Shown here one piece after another: positions 51,452 to 62,365 of a stretch of 64,000 bases of DNA. How positions within the stretch are numbered: position 1 is the stretch's first letter; each line of letters begins with the position of its first letter. The stretch comes from Takakia lepidozioides (taxonomy: Eukaryota; Plantae; Bryophyta). Under the pieces are notes generated by a model. It did not search any database. It was given only the letters and a program-made list of their open reading frames with translations, and was not told where the DNA came from. A program made the position numbers and the translations under genes. The stretch is taken from the NCBI GenBank assembly GCA_030704615.1, contig CM060733.1:46748001-46812000 (forward strand), written 5' to 3'.

Positions 51452-54400
51452 CTAGGTCTCCCAAGCCTCCATCTCGTGCCCTTGTTGTGCAGATCCTGCA
51501 ATCATCACACTCCACAACACCACATGCCGTTCAGCCATACTGTCGAATACTCCCTTTGCATCCTCAATGCACCCACATTTGGCATACATGTCCACCAGGG
51601 CAGTGTTCATAATGATATCAGGTGCAATTCCAGATTTGATGATGTCACCATGGATCTCTTTGCCCTTTTGCAGGGCTGCCAGGCTTGCACAAGCATTGCA
51701 AACACACACAAACGTGATCTGGTTACACTTCACCCCTTCCCCCATCATAGGTCTCCAAGGCCTCCATCCCGCGCCCCTGCTGTGCATCTCCTGCAAACAT
51801 GGCATTACATGACACCATATCCTGTTCAGCCATACTGTCGAACACTCCCTTTGCATCCTCGATGCACCCGTATTTTGCATACATATCCACCAGGGTATTG
51901 TTCAAAATGACATCGGGTACAATCCAGCTCTGAAAATGTCACCATGGACCTCTTTGCCCTTTTCCAGGGCTGCCAGGCTTGTAGAATCATTGCAAATGCA
52001 CACAAACGTGATGTGGTCAGTGAGCTTCACCCCTTCCCCCATCATTCGATCATAGGTCTTCAAAGCCTCCATACCATGTCCCTGCTGTGCATACCCTGCA
52101 AGCATCGCGTTCCACGACACCACAAAATGTTCAGCCATAGTGTTGAAAACTCCCTTCGCATCCTTAATGCACCCACATTTGGCATACATGTCTACCAGGG
52201 CAGTGTTCAGAATGACATCTGGTACAATTCCAGCTTTGACAATGTCACCATGGACCTCTTTTCCCTTTTTCAAAGCTCCCATGCATGCACATGCATTGCA
52301 AACACAAACAAATGTGTTGGGCTTCACCCCTTTGCGCATCATTTGCTCATAGGTCTCCAAAGCATTCCTACCACACTCATGCTTGGTAAATCCTACCAAC
52401 ATTATATTCCACGTGATCAAAGATCATTGAGGCATTCTGTTAAACACTTGGTGAACATCCATGATGCTCCCGCACTTAAGGTGTTCAGTAGAAAAACATT
52501 TGGCATGAATCCACTTTGGATAATGTGAGTGTGCACCTGCTTTCCAACTTCCAAACCTTCCATCTTGATGCACTTAAGCAAGAGACAGACATACGTACCT
52601 GAGTATGCTGAAATGCCTCATTGGTCTAAAGTCTGTAGAGCCTCTGTCAGTCTGCTTGCCACAAAGCATCTTCACATGCCTAGAAGTGCAGCCAGAAGAG
52701 GCATTATGGACTCCCTCTCTTGATCCTCTTTCAGAAGTTGTGGTCATGGTTGAGGTGCCTGGTTTTATAAACTGTGCCACTGCAGCTGCAGCCTTTAGTT
52801 GACCATCTACCCATGCAAGTTTTTCTTGTAGCTATTGATCCACAAGGAATCGCATCTGGTACAATTCTAGATTTGGCGATGCAACCATGCACCTCTTTGC
52901 CCTTTTCCAGGGCTGCCAGGCTTGCACACGCACTGCAAACGCACACAAACCTGATGTGGTCGGGCTTCACCCTTCCCACATCATTTGCTCATAGGTCTCC
53001 AAAGCCTCCATCCCGTGCCCCTGCTGTGCATACCCTGCAAGCATTGCGTTCCACAACACCACATCTCGTTCAGCCAGAGTGTGGAATACTCCCTTCGCAT
53101 CCTGAATGCACCCACATTTGGCAAACCTGTCAGTTTAGGATGACATCTGGTACAATTCCAGTTTTGACGATGTCAGCATGGACCTCTTTCCCCTTTTCCA
53201 GGGCTCCCAAGCTTGCACACGCATTGCAAACACCAACAAAGGTGATGTGGTTGGGCTTCACCGGCCCTTCGCGCAACATTTGCTCGTAGGTCTCCAAAGC
53301 ATTCCTACCACACCCATATTAAATCCTGCCAACATTATATTCAACGTGATCAAAGTTTGTTGAGGCATTCCATTGAACACTCGGTGTGCATTCATGATGC
53401 TCCTGCACTTAACATACATGTTCACAAGGGTGTTGAGGAGAAAAACACTTGGCGTGAATGCATTTTGGATAATGCGAGTGTGCACCTGCTTTCCAGCTTC
53501 CAGACCCTTCATTTTGATGTACTTAAGCAAGAGACAGACATACATATCTGAATCTGCTGATGCTCCTTGGTTTAAAGGTTGTAGAGCCTCTTTCAGTCTG
53601 CCTGCCTCACAAAGAATCTTCACATGCCCAGAAGAGCCAGAAGAGGCATTATGGACTCCCTCTCTTGATACTCTTTTAGAAGTTGTGGTCATGGTTGAGG
53701 TGCCTGATTTAAATCAGGGCTGCTAGGCCTGCAATGCACACAAACATGATGTGGCCGGGCTGAACCCCTTCCCCCATCATTTGCTCATAGGTCTCCAAAG
53801 CCTCCATCCCACGTCCCTGCTGTGCATACCCTGCAAGCATCGCACTCCACAACACCACATCTCGTTCAGCCATAGTGTTGAACACTCCCTTTGCATCCTT
53901 GATGCACCCACATTTTGCATACATGTCCACTAGGGTATTGTTCAAAATGACATTTGGTACAATTCCAGCTCTGAAGATGTCACCATGGACCTCCTTCCCC
54001 CTTTCCAGAGCTGCCAGGGCAGTGTTTAGAATGACATTAGGTACAATTCCAGCTTTGATGATATCCCCATGCACCTCTTTGCCCTTCTCCAGGGCTGCCA
54101 AGCCTGCAATGCACACAAACATGATGTGGCCGGGTTGAACCCCTTCCCCCATCATTAGTCATAGGTCTCCAAAGCCTCCATCCCACGTCCCTGCTGTGCA
54201 TACCCTGCAAGCATCGCACTCCACGATACCACATCTCGTTCAGCCATAGTGTTGAACACTCCCTTTGCATCCTCGATGCACCCACATTTTGCATACATGT
54301 CCACTAGGGTATTGTTTAGAATGACATTTGGTACAATTCCAGCTCTGAAGATGTCACCATGGACCTCCTTCCCCTTTTCTAGAGTTGCCAGGGCAGTGTT

Positions 54401-54510
54401 TAGAATGACATTAGGTACAATTCCAGCTTTGATGATATCCCCATGCACCTCTTTGCCCTTCTCAAGGGCTGCCAGGCTTGCACAAGCATTGCAATGCACA
54501 CAAACATGAT
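51452..54510 (-). pseudogene. Shuffled PLS-class PPR arrays, including two copies of the array start (LCEAGRLKEAL) and a PDF-to-PPR junction
   Basis: Repeated P (VVSWNAMLAGYAQQG), L (HITFVCVCNACASLAALEKG) and S (VILNTALVDMYAKCG) motifs with many frameshifts; no E/DYW domain seen. Confidence 0.93.
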
Positions 54511-56596
54511 GTGAGAGGGCAAAACAGGCTGAAATAGGTCAAAGAAGAAGGTGCCCTCACCACATTGTCCTTGAGCTTGTGTCATGACTTGACCGACCAT
54601 CAACCCAAAAGGACCTCTTGTGTGTGCTGCTTGTGTTTGTAGTCAGGTAATGTCGGATTGGTCTATGAGATCGAACCACCACAGTGCAGCTGAGTAGGCA
54701 GAGATTGAAACACGGCCTGCTAAGACCAAGCTGACTCTCCCAAGAACGGCGAGCTTCTCCTTGTCTCTCTCCCAAGAACGGCGAGCTCGCAAGAATGTTG
54801 CGAGCTTCTCCTCGTCTCATCTCCTCCTCCTCTTCTCCTTCCCGCATCATTTGCTCAACGCCTCCATCCCACGCCCCTGCATATCCTGCTATCATCGCGT
54901 TCCATCCCTCGGCTACATGGTGTGGCGAAGGAGACAAAAAAAACGCCAAGTCCCAGCCCTCCTCTGTGTTCACGATTACCCTAATGGGCAACCTTATTAA
55001 CAATTTTTTGACTTTTTAACCTTTTGCACTTTGATTCATTCTAGGTCATAGGCTAAAATCCTCCTACCAGGCTTGTCTAGAAAACCAAAACACCACGTAG
55101 ACAAACATTTGATAGTGGTAGTAAAATATATTACCATTGGGCTGGTTTGAACACTTTAGTAAAGTTAAAGTAGAAACTTTCACTTTGAGTTATTGAAATT
55201 GAAATATATATTACCAATTATATTTTCAGAATTACAGCTGTCAATGTTTGACTTAGGGGTGGTAGAATAAAGGACTCTGTAGTGAAACTTTTGATAGTTG
55301 TAGTGAATTGTTTTATTAATATCAGCACATTTCACTACGTGGTGCTAGAAATAGTGAAAAGTGGCAAATAGTGAAATTCATAGTGAAATACCGACGGTGC
55401 TGAAAACCATAGTGTGTTGTAGTGCCTCGCTGTGCCTATCCTCGCCCCTTCCTGCATCATTTGCTCAAGAATAGGTCTGCAAAGCCTCCATCCCACGCCC
55501 CTGCACATCCTGCGATCATCGTGTTCCATGATCTAGGCTCGTGGATACCAAGAAAACATATGGTGTGGTGGGAGACAACAAAAAAGGCCCAAAAGGAGGC
55601 CAAGTCCCAGCCCTCTGTTCACGGCTGGCAGTCTAATGGGCAACCCTATAAGCAATTTTTTGAAAAAATTTAACATTTTGCACTTTGATCATTGATGAAT
55701 GAACTTACCCAATGGATGAATACATTCATTTATGTGCCTTCAAAATGACACGTATAGTGACGCAGTCGTATAATTAGAGTTGTAAAACCAAATTCAGTCA
55801 TGAAGTCATACGATTCTAGGAAAATTCATCCATGTGTAGTCCTCCATATGACGCAAGTCATATAAACCATCCCTGTCATCGTGGTTACAATGTTTGACCA
55901 ATGCTCCCTACCTTTCCGGAGTCATGTAGTGATATCCATTACAACAAAGTAATAAAACTATGACTGCAACGCATTTCAGCGTTCTGTAGTCGTGTACCTA
56001 ATGCCGTTTTTATGACTCCGCAAAAGCCCTAAAAACGCTCATCTCTTGTAGTGAAAGCTCACCAGACTTGTTGCGGAGGCGATGGTTGTTGCGACGATTC
56101 AGTGCTCACGCGACTGTCCGCGCCTCGAAAAGCTAACACGCACAAAGGAAAGCGGGCTCGCACAAATGGGAGGTGGATGGGCCTAAAACGAAACAGTGTA
56201 AAAGAAGTTCAGCGGTAAGTGGAGAATATGTATAACCCTGCATGCCGACGCATGCCGCGGAGTGATGTGGCGATATTTCACTGGCGCCCCTTTTTGGCCA
56301 TCATCGCATTAAATAGTTGCAGACCCCTCACACGTGCTGTCGGTATGCCACTACACGGACAGTCCAGCAGACGGAAGGTTCAACAGAATGAAGAAGAGAC
56401 TGAGGCAGACAGGATGAGTGGGACTATTGTCAGTTTGTCGTCGCCTCATTCATTAAGTCCAGTAGACTTACTCCTGATGACAAAGACAGCCGAGCAGACC
56501 TAGTACCCTCGACAACAGACTCATATGCCACCGTAAGGACAGATTGACAACTGAGGTTAAGCGGACTGACGAAGAGACTAAGACGAGTGCGGAGCC

Positions 56597-56752
56597 TAGA
56601 CTCTCGCATCAAGTATAAACGTCTTGAGTATTTCGTACATTGGAAAGGCTACGACATCAGCGAATGAACGTGGGAACCTTCATCCAACCTTGCCAATGCA
56701 TCTGACAAAGTCCAAGAGTTCCATCAACGATATTCAGCTAAGCCCCGAGCTA
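56597..56752 (+). mobile_element. Isolated chromodomain fragment of a Tcn1-like chromovirus
   Basis: LDSRIKYKRLEYFVHWKGYDISE*TWEPSSNLANASDKVQEFHQRY. Confidence 0.8.
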
Positions 56753-57619
56753 CACGTCAATAAGACGTCACAACAATGATGTCAGCCAATTTAGCTTCAA
56801 GGTGAAGACTCCACATTTGGTGTATCTGATACACACTAAGGATGGAGGTTCTCCAATGACATAACGGCCGAACAGACCCACTGCAAACAACCTTGCGCAA
56901 CAACAGACTCATATGCCACTGCACGGACAGTCCAGCAGACAGAAGGTTCAACAGACTGACGCAGAGTAATTTGCGCGACAACAAACTGATTTCTAACAGA
57001 CTAATATCCCAAAAGACAAAGTATCCCCTAGGCGGCCGGGTGATACGGGAGTAGAGGCTGAACCGTAAATCGCACTTTCTGTCCGAGTTTGGATGCGGCG
57101 TGAGATTGCTAGCGCCCCTTCCCGCCGTCGTTGCATTAATAGGTCCAGCAGACTTACACGTGATCATAATAACGGCTCAACAGACCCAGCGCAAACAGAC
57201 TTGCGCCACAGCAGACTGACTTCGTGACAGTCTAGCTGACTGATATCAGAAGAGACGGACAGCCCAGCAGTCCGACGGCTCAGCAGACTCACGACAATGC
57301 GGATAATTAAAAGGTAATAGTTAAACGGACTCATATCCGAAGAGACGGACTTCCAGTTGACCGACGGTTCAACAGACTGATGAGCGAAGAGACTTCGGGG
57401 ATAAGACGAGAGAAGATACTTCGGAATTCGGCAGGCAGTGACGGCCCAGTAGTCCAGTGAAGAATAGACTCGCGCCACACCAGACTGGTATCCCTACAGA
57501 CCAACAGTCCAGCAGACCAGACTGATATCCCATCAAAACCACGCTTAGCGTCGCCGTCATGTCGTGGTTGCATTTCATCCGTCCAGCAGACTTACGTATG
57601 CCCATACTCATGGCACAAC

Positions 57620-57782
57620 ACACTGCTTAGAGAAAGATGCAGTCGAAGAGCCTGTTGATCCACGCGCATTTGCAGTCGTAAGGACCTCGAACATCCACAA
57701 GCAATGTGAATCCACATCTCTCAGGCTACGTCTCATTTCCCATTGTCCAATTTGCAAGGAGATGGTAGTGGATGAGATATGA
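57620..57782 (+). pseudogene. Degenerate RING-CH (RINGv)-like fragment
   Basis: CLE...(RICS in a shifted frame)...IHKQC...HCPICK. Confidence 0.45.
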
Positions 57783-58594
57783 TGATTTAGGAGGTGCATC
57801 TGGATGTTTGAGGACCTTCAGACTAGATCGTGTTCCGTTCACACTCTCCGCCGTTCCCAGACATGTGGTGGCAGAGACGTCCTCCCCTGAATAGTCTCAT
57901 CGGTGGACATAAATTATGCAATGTATACACACCCCCACGTGCATATACTTCCGCGATTTCTGCTATCGTGTTACCAATGGTTTCCTGCTCCATACAAAGG
58001 AGCTCGGACTCGGACACACACCACAAACCGTAAACGCATGAAATTTTTCCACATATCGTCCTAAAAAATAACCACGTCAGCACAAAACGAAGGCGAAAAT
58101 AGTGGAAGCATATGCACGATGGTGGCTGTAGAGCCCTGCCAGCCCTCTCATGTTCAGGCATACCCTTCATCGTCATTAAAATTGCCCTAAACAAGAAAAA
58201 CAGCCGCATGCGTGCAAAGTTAGCTCCGCACCATTGGACAACAAAGAGCCGCAAGAACGAGACGACAAGAACGAGTGGGCGATTCGTGGCAGGATGTTGC
58301 GATTTTCCATGCCCTAAATATGGATGGCGCGGATGGGTTTCTCAGAATGGACGATTCAGATCCTTCGGCCGGCGCGGACTGACAGACTGGCAGACTAGGG
58401 GGCAGCAGACGGGCACAGCGGACTGTTGGGTGGACTTGCAGGGACTGGCACAATGGATTGGCGTGCATAGCGGATTGGCCGGCAGACTGGCGGTCTGGTG
58501 GACTGAGGGGAACTGGACACACGGGTAGCGGACTGGCGGGCAGACTGAGGGCGCGGCAGCAGCTGGGCGACCGCGCGCAACGGCGGGCGGGGGG

Positions 58595-58649
58595 GTCCGG
58601 GTGGGGGGAGCCGGGCGTCCGTGCGCGGGGCCCACCGGTCAGCTCTAGT
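58595..58649 (+). mobile_element. Probable Helitron 3' terminus
   Basis: GC-rich imperfect hairpin (CCGGGTGGG...CCCACCGG) ending a few nt before CTAG|T at 58645-58649; closes a CAGACT-rich tract. Confidence 0.55.
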
Positions 58650-59685
58650 CTGTAGACTTGAGTGAGGAGGATTTGTGGTCAGAGGGAGAGCTCTTCACCA
58701 CCTCACACGCCCACCGAGTTTTAGCAACGGCTACCGCGCCTCACAGGGAGGTTAATCGAAGGAAGGTAGGACTAGAGGACGCAGTCAAGTCTCTAGGACT
58801 GGGATTGTATGAATGCGAGTCTGATGCAGACTACATCGCCTAGTTGTTCGGAGAAAACCAAGGCAGGGAAGTGATGGTACACTCGGTATCAACCGAGGCA
58901 CTTCCGGAGTTCGAGTTATTTACTGAACTTTTTTCCATGGGTGCGGATGTTGCATGAGCGGTGAGCATGAGCATGAGCGGTGAGCATGAGCATGAGCGGA
59001 TTTTAGCATGAGTAGAGCACATTTCAGAGAATATTCCCTAATTTTGGACTTTAAAAATGTACAATTCGCCCGCTTTTTATGCAAAAAAGTGCTCGTGCGT
59101 GAACATACTGGTGGGTAAACGTTAGATTCGGATTTGATACGATAGCTTTGGCAGTTGCCGAACCTATATAGTCGGTGCTGATTACAGGACGCCGGAATTT
59201 CCATCACGGAAATAGGTTGTGGGGAATTGGGCCGCGGGAATAGGCAGTCATATGAATAAAAAACCATTTTTTGAACGAGCCGTGGCTCGACAGGAAAGCG
59301 ATGACATGGAGATTAAAGGCACGTGTGATTTTTCATTCCCTTGGACCATTTGTTTTGGTGGTGAAGGTGAAGTCGGGACCGACTACACTATTTCGGGGAT
59401 TTACAAACAGTGGTGACCGAGGACTATGGACAATGATGTAGGAACCAACAACGATCTCGTGCAGCAATCGGACAGCGAAAGGCCTCCGTCCCCTTAGCAG
59501 CGGCAAATTCCCAACGATGGTGTGGCTCCGAAGACGGACAATGCTGCAGGGGAAACTAGCAGTGCACCGGTGGAATCTAACGACGACAGGCCTGAGTCCC
59601 CTCAGTTGCTTTGTTTTTTGATTTCGACGAAGCCATCGGCAATAGCCTTGCATTTTCTGCAAATTGAGTTTCCTGGTGGGTTTTT

Positions 59686-60014
59686 ATGGATTCGGACTCG
59701 TCGGAAGAAGTATCCGAGGATGAAGATGTAGGTGCAGAGTATCCTATACATGCCTTTGAGGAACTGGACATTGTCGGGGAGGACGAATTGCATTGGATTG
59801 CTGCTTCCATGGAGGTCTTCAACAGAGAAGCTCTGAAGTTTGTTGTGCCGCCGGAAGCACACGCAATAGAGTCGTGCAGTATCTGCCTCCAATGTGTCCA
59901 AGCTGGAGAATGTATGCGCACAGTGACAATCTACGCACACTCATTCCACATGCGTGCATTCAGACTTGGGTTCAACACAATGGCACATGCCCGCTTTGCC
60001 GCCACAGGTTCTAA
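59686..60014 (+). pseudogene. RING-H2 (ATL-like) E3 ligase remnant
   Basis: CSICL...YAHSFH / ACIQTWVQHNGTCPLCR with one frameshift and Tyr in place of a ligand Cys. Confidence 0.75.
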
Positions 60015-61213
60015 GAGAAAACATATGCATTTTTATTTTCAATCTTCTTTCCGCATGCCTGTTTGCGTACTAAGTGTACTGCTTCCCATTTCCGCAATAA
60101 AGTTTGGCATCATGTTTTTTTTTCTCTGGATCTGTTCTTTTCTCCAAAGCACCGTCTGATTTCATTTCCGTGCATAATATTCATTTTCTTCTACAAGGTC
60201 TTACACCTTTCCCCTAACGGTGTATCTACAAAGGATCACCACGAGGAACACTATTGGGAGATACTCAAATCGATCATCTTTCACGAAGACTTAAACAAAC
60301 TGCCGCATACGCACAATGTAAATGCATAACACCACGAAGTCCGCATCGACTTCAACTTCTCCGTGTGACAATGATTTTTCGTTTCAGTGTCAAGGGCGAA
60401 CAAAATGTGACGTTATATTTTTTACGTTTCATTATACCTTGAAGTCGGTGCCGACTTTACCGGTTTCAAATGCATGACATGCTGCATCTCATATTAAACA
60501 GTAAATCGTAAAGGAACAACTTTGCTGGGATCATACAATGTCGATGGTCTAGTGAGCATGTAAAAAGTATACGTCGAACAGTGCATAATCGGCACCGACT
60601 TCAACCTCAAAGAGACATATGGTCCATGTTCAGCTATAATAGAAGCAATTGTATACGTCGAACAGTATACGGCCATGCGAGTACTAGGTGAACCCTAAAT
60701 ATAACGTTGCATAATGCATGGATATGGCATTAAAGAAATGTTGTTAAACATTTTCAACTCGCACGGGCTTACGGTTTTCTCAAGAAAGGTAATGCATAGA
60801 TGCAAAATAGACATTGGAAATTGCGTAGCCGGCACCGGCTCCATTCGCAAATTCACATCTTGGGTGAAGTGGGTGAAGGATGTCGAAATCCTCAATATGG
60901 AGGTCGCCCACTATATAGTTTGCACCGACTACAACCAGGTAATGTGGACGAAATAAGCATTATTTGAGGCACTTCGAAGCACGTCAATTGTACACATAAG
61001 TTCTTCCTTTAAATGACAAAAAGTCCGCTAACATGAGCTGCTGGTGTGCACTTACTCCATAGGTGATGGAAAGTCAATGTGAAGTGCTTTTAAACGTACG
61101 TTACGTCTTCAGATCATGCTCAATGAAGGTATTGTTCACATTTGCAACCCATAACAAAAACAATGCATATTCCGGAATGACCTCAACGGTTGCAAGTATT
61201 TGAACTGTGGGCA

Positions 61214-62365
61214 TGAATGCAAAATGTGGGTGCATTGAGGATGCAACAGGAGTGTTCAACACTATGGCTGAACAAGATGTGGTGTCATGGAGTGCGATGA
61301 TTGCAAGATATGCACAGCAAAGGCGCGGGATGGAAGCTTTGGAGACCTATGAGCAAATGATGTGCGAAGGGGTGAAGCCCAACCACATCACGTTTGTGGA
61401 ACTAGTGTGATAAGGTGATAAGGTGAGTTGGGTGTTTCCTAGAACAAAGCTAGGCTGTTATTTGTCGGCTGCTAGCAGCACGGCAAGGATGTATGCATGA
61501 TTTGTGCAGAGAAGCATGGAAGTAGCCGCACTGTCACATTATCCAAAGTGGATTCACGCCAAATATTTTTCTACTCAGCACCCATGTCAAACATGTATGT
61601 TAAGTGCAGGAGCATCATGCATACTCACCAAGTTTTGAACAGAATGCCTCAACGATCTTTGACCATGTGGAATATAATGTTGGCAGGATTTACCAAGCAT
61701 GGGTAAGGTAGGAATGCTTTGGAGACCTATGAGCAAATGATGCGCGAAGGGGTGAAGCCCAACCACATCACGTTTGTTTGTGTTTGCAATGCGTGTGCAT
61801 GCCTGGGAGCTCTGGAAAAGGGGAAAGAGATCCATGGTGACATCGTCAAAGCTGGAAATGTACCAGATGTCATTCTGAACACTGCCCTGGTGGACATGTA
61901 TGCCAAATGTGGGTGCATTAAGGATGTGAAGGGAGTTTTCAACACTATGGCTGAACGAGATGTGGTGTCATGGAACGCGATGCTTGCAAGGTATGCAGAG
62001 CAGGGACATGGTATGGAGGCTTTGGAGACCTATGATCTCCTTCAATAGCACAACGGCTACAAGTGGGTAGATGGTCAACTACGGCAACAGCACAATTCAT
62101 AGAACAAGGCGCTGCTATTGAAGGTACCTTCTTCAACATACACCCTGTTTTCCCCTGCTATCAGAGTCATCCCTAAATTTTTATGTTGAATTATGCAAGT
62201 TAGCTCGTTGGTGGATTTATGGTGGGGAGTGATTTTGACATGTTACAGCCAATGTGGTCGTCAGGAAAGTATCGAAAAATAGATAACAAAGACTCGAGGA
62301 GAAGCTCTGGAGTGAATACGTTTCTGACCTCAGTCAATGGTGGAACAATCGAGGCAAAAGGTGAC
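61214..62365 (+). pseudogene. Third cluster of PLS PPR fragments followed by PDF-motif pieces
   Basis: P-L-S motifs at 61214-62035; EEKLWSEYVSDLSQWWNNRGK at ~62296-62360; shares linker and intron sequence with 47200-47830. Confidence 0.9.

Larger units (their letters stand above)
49975..56053. mobile_element. Complete non-autonomous Pack-CACTA, 6079 bp, carrying PPR and PDF gene fragments
   Basis: 5' TACTACAACAGATGAGCGTTTTTA / 3' TAAAAACGCTCATCTCTTGTAGTG; 3-bp TSD AAA (49972-74, 56054-56); ATGACT/AGTCAT subterminal repeats; no transposase recognised. Confidence 0.88.

Noticed and set aside
51452-54510. Functional PPR-DYW editing factor
   Set aside because: No E or DYW (HxE..CxxC) domain seen and every array is frameshifted
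60444-60600. AGTCGGTGC/GCACCGACT resembles the Cas9 tracrRNA 3' hairpin
   Set aside because: Only ~9 nt match and the rest of the scaffold is absent; better explained as a transposon-associated palindrome
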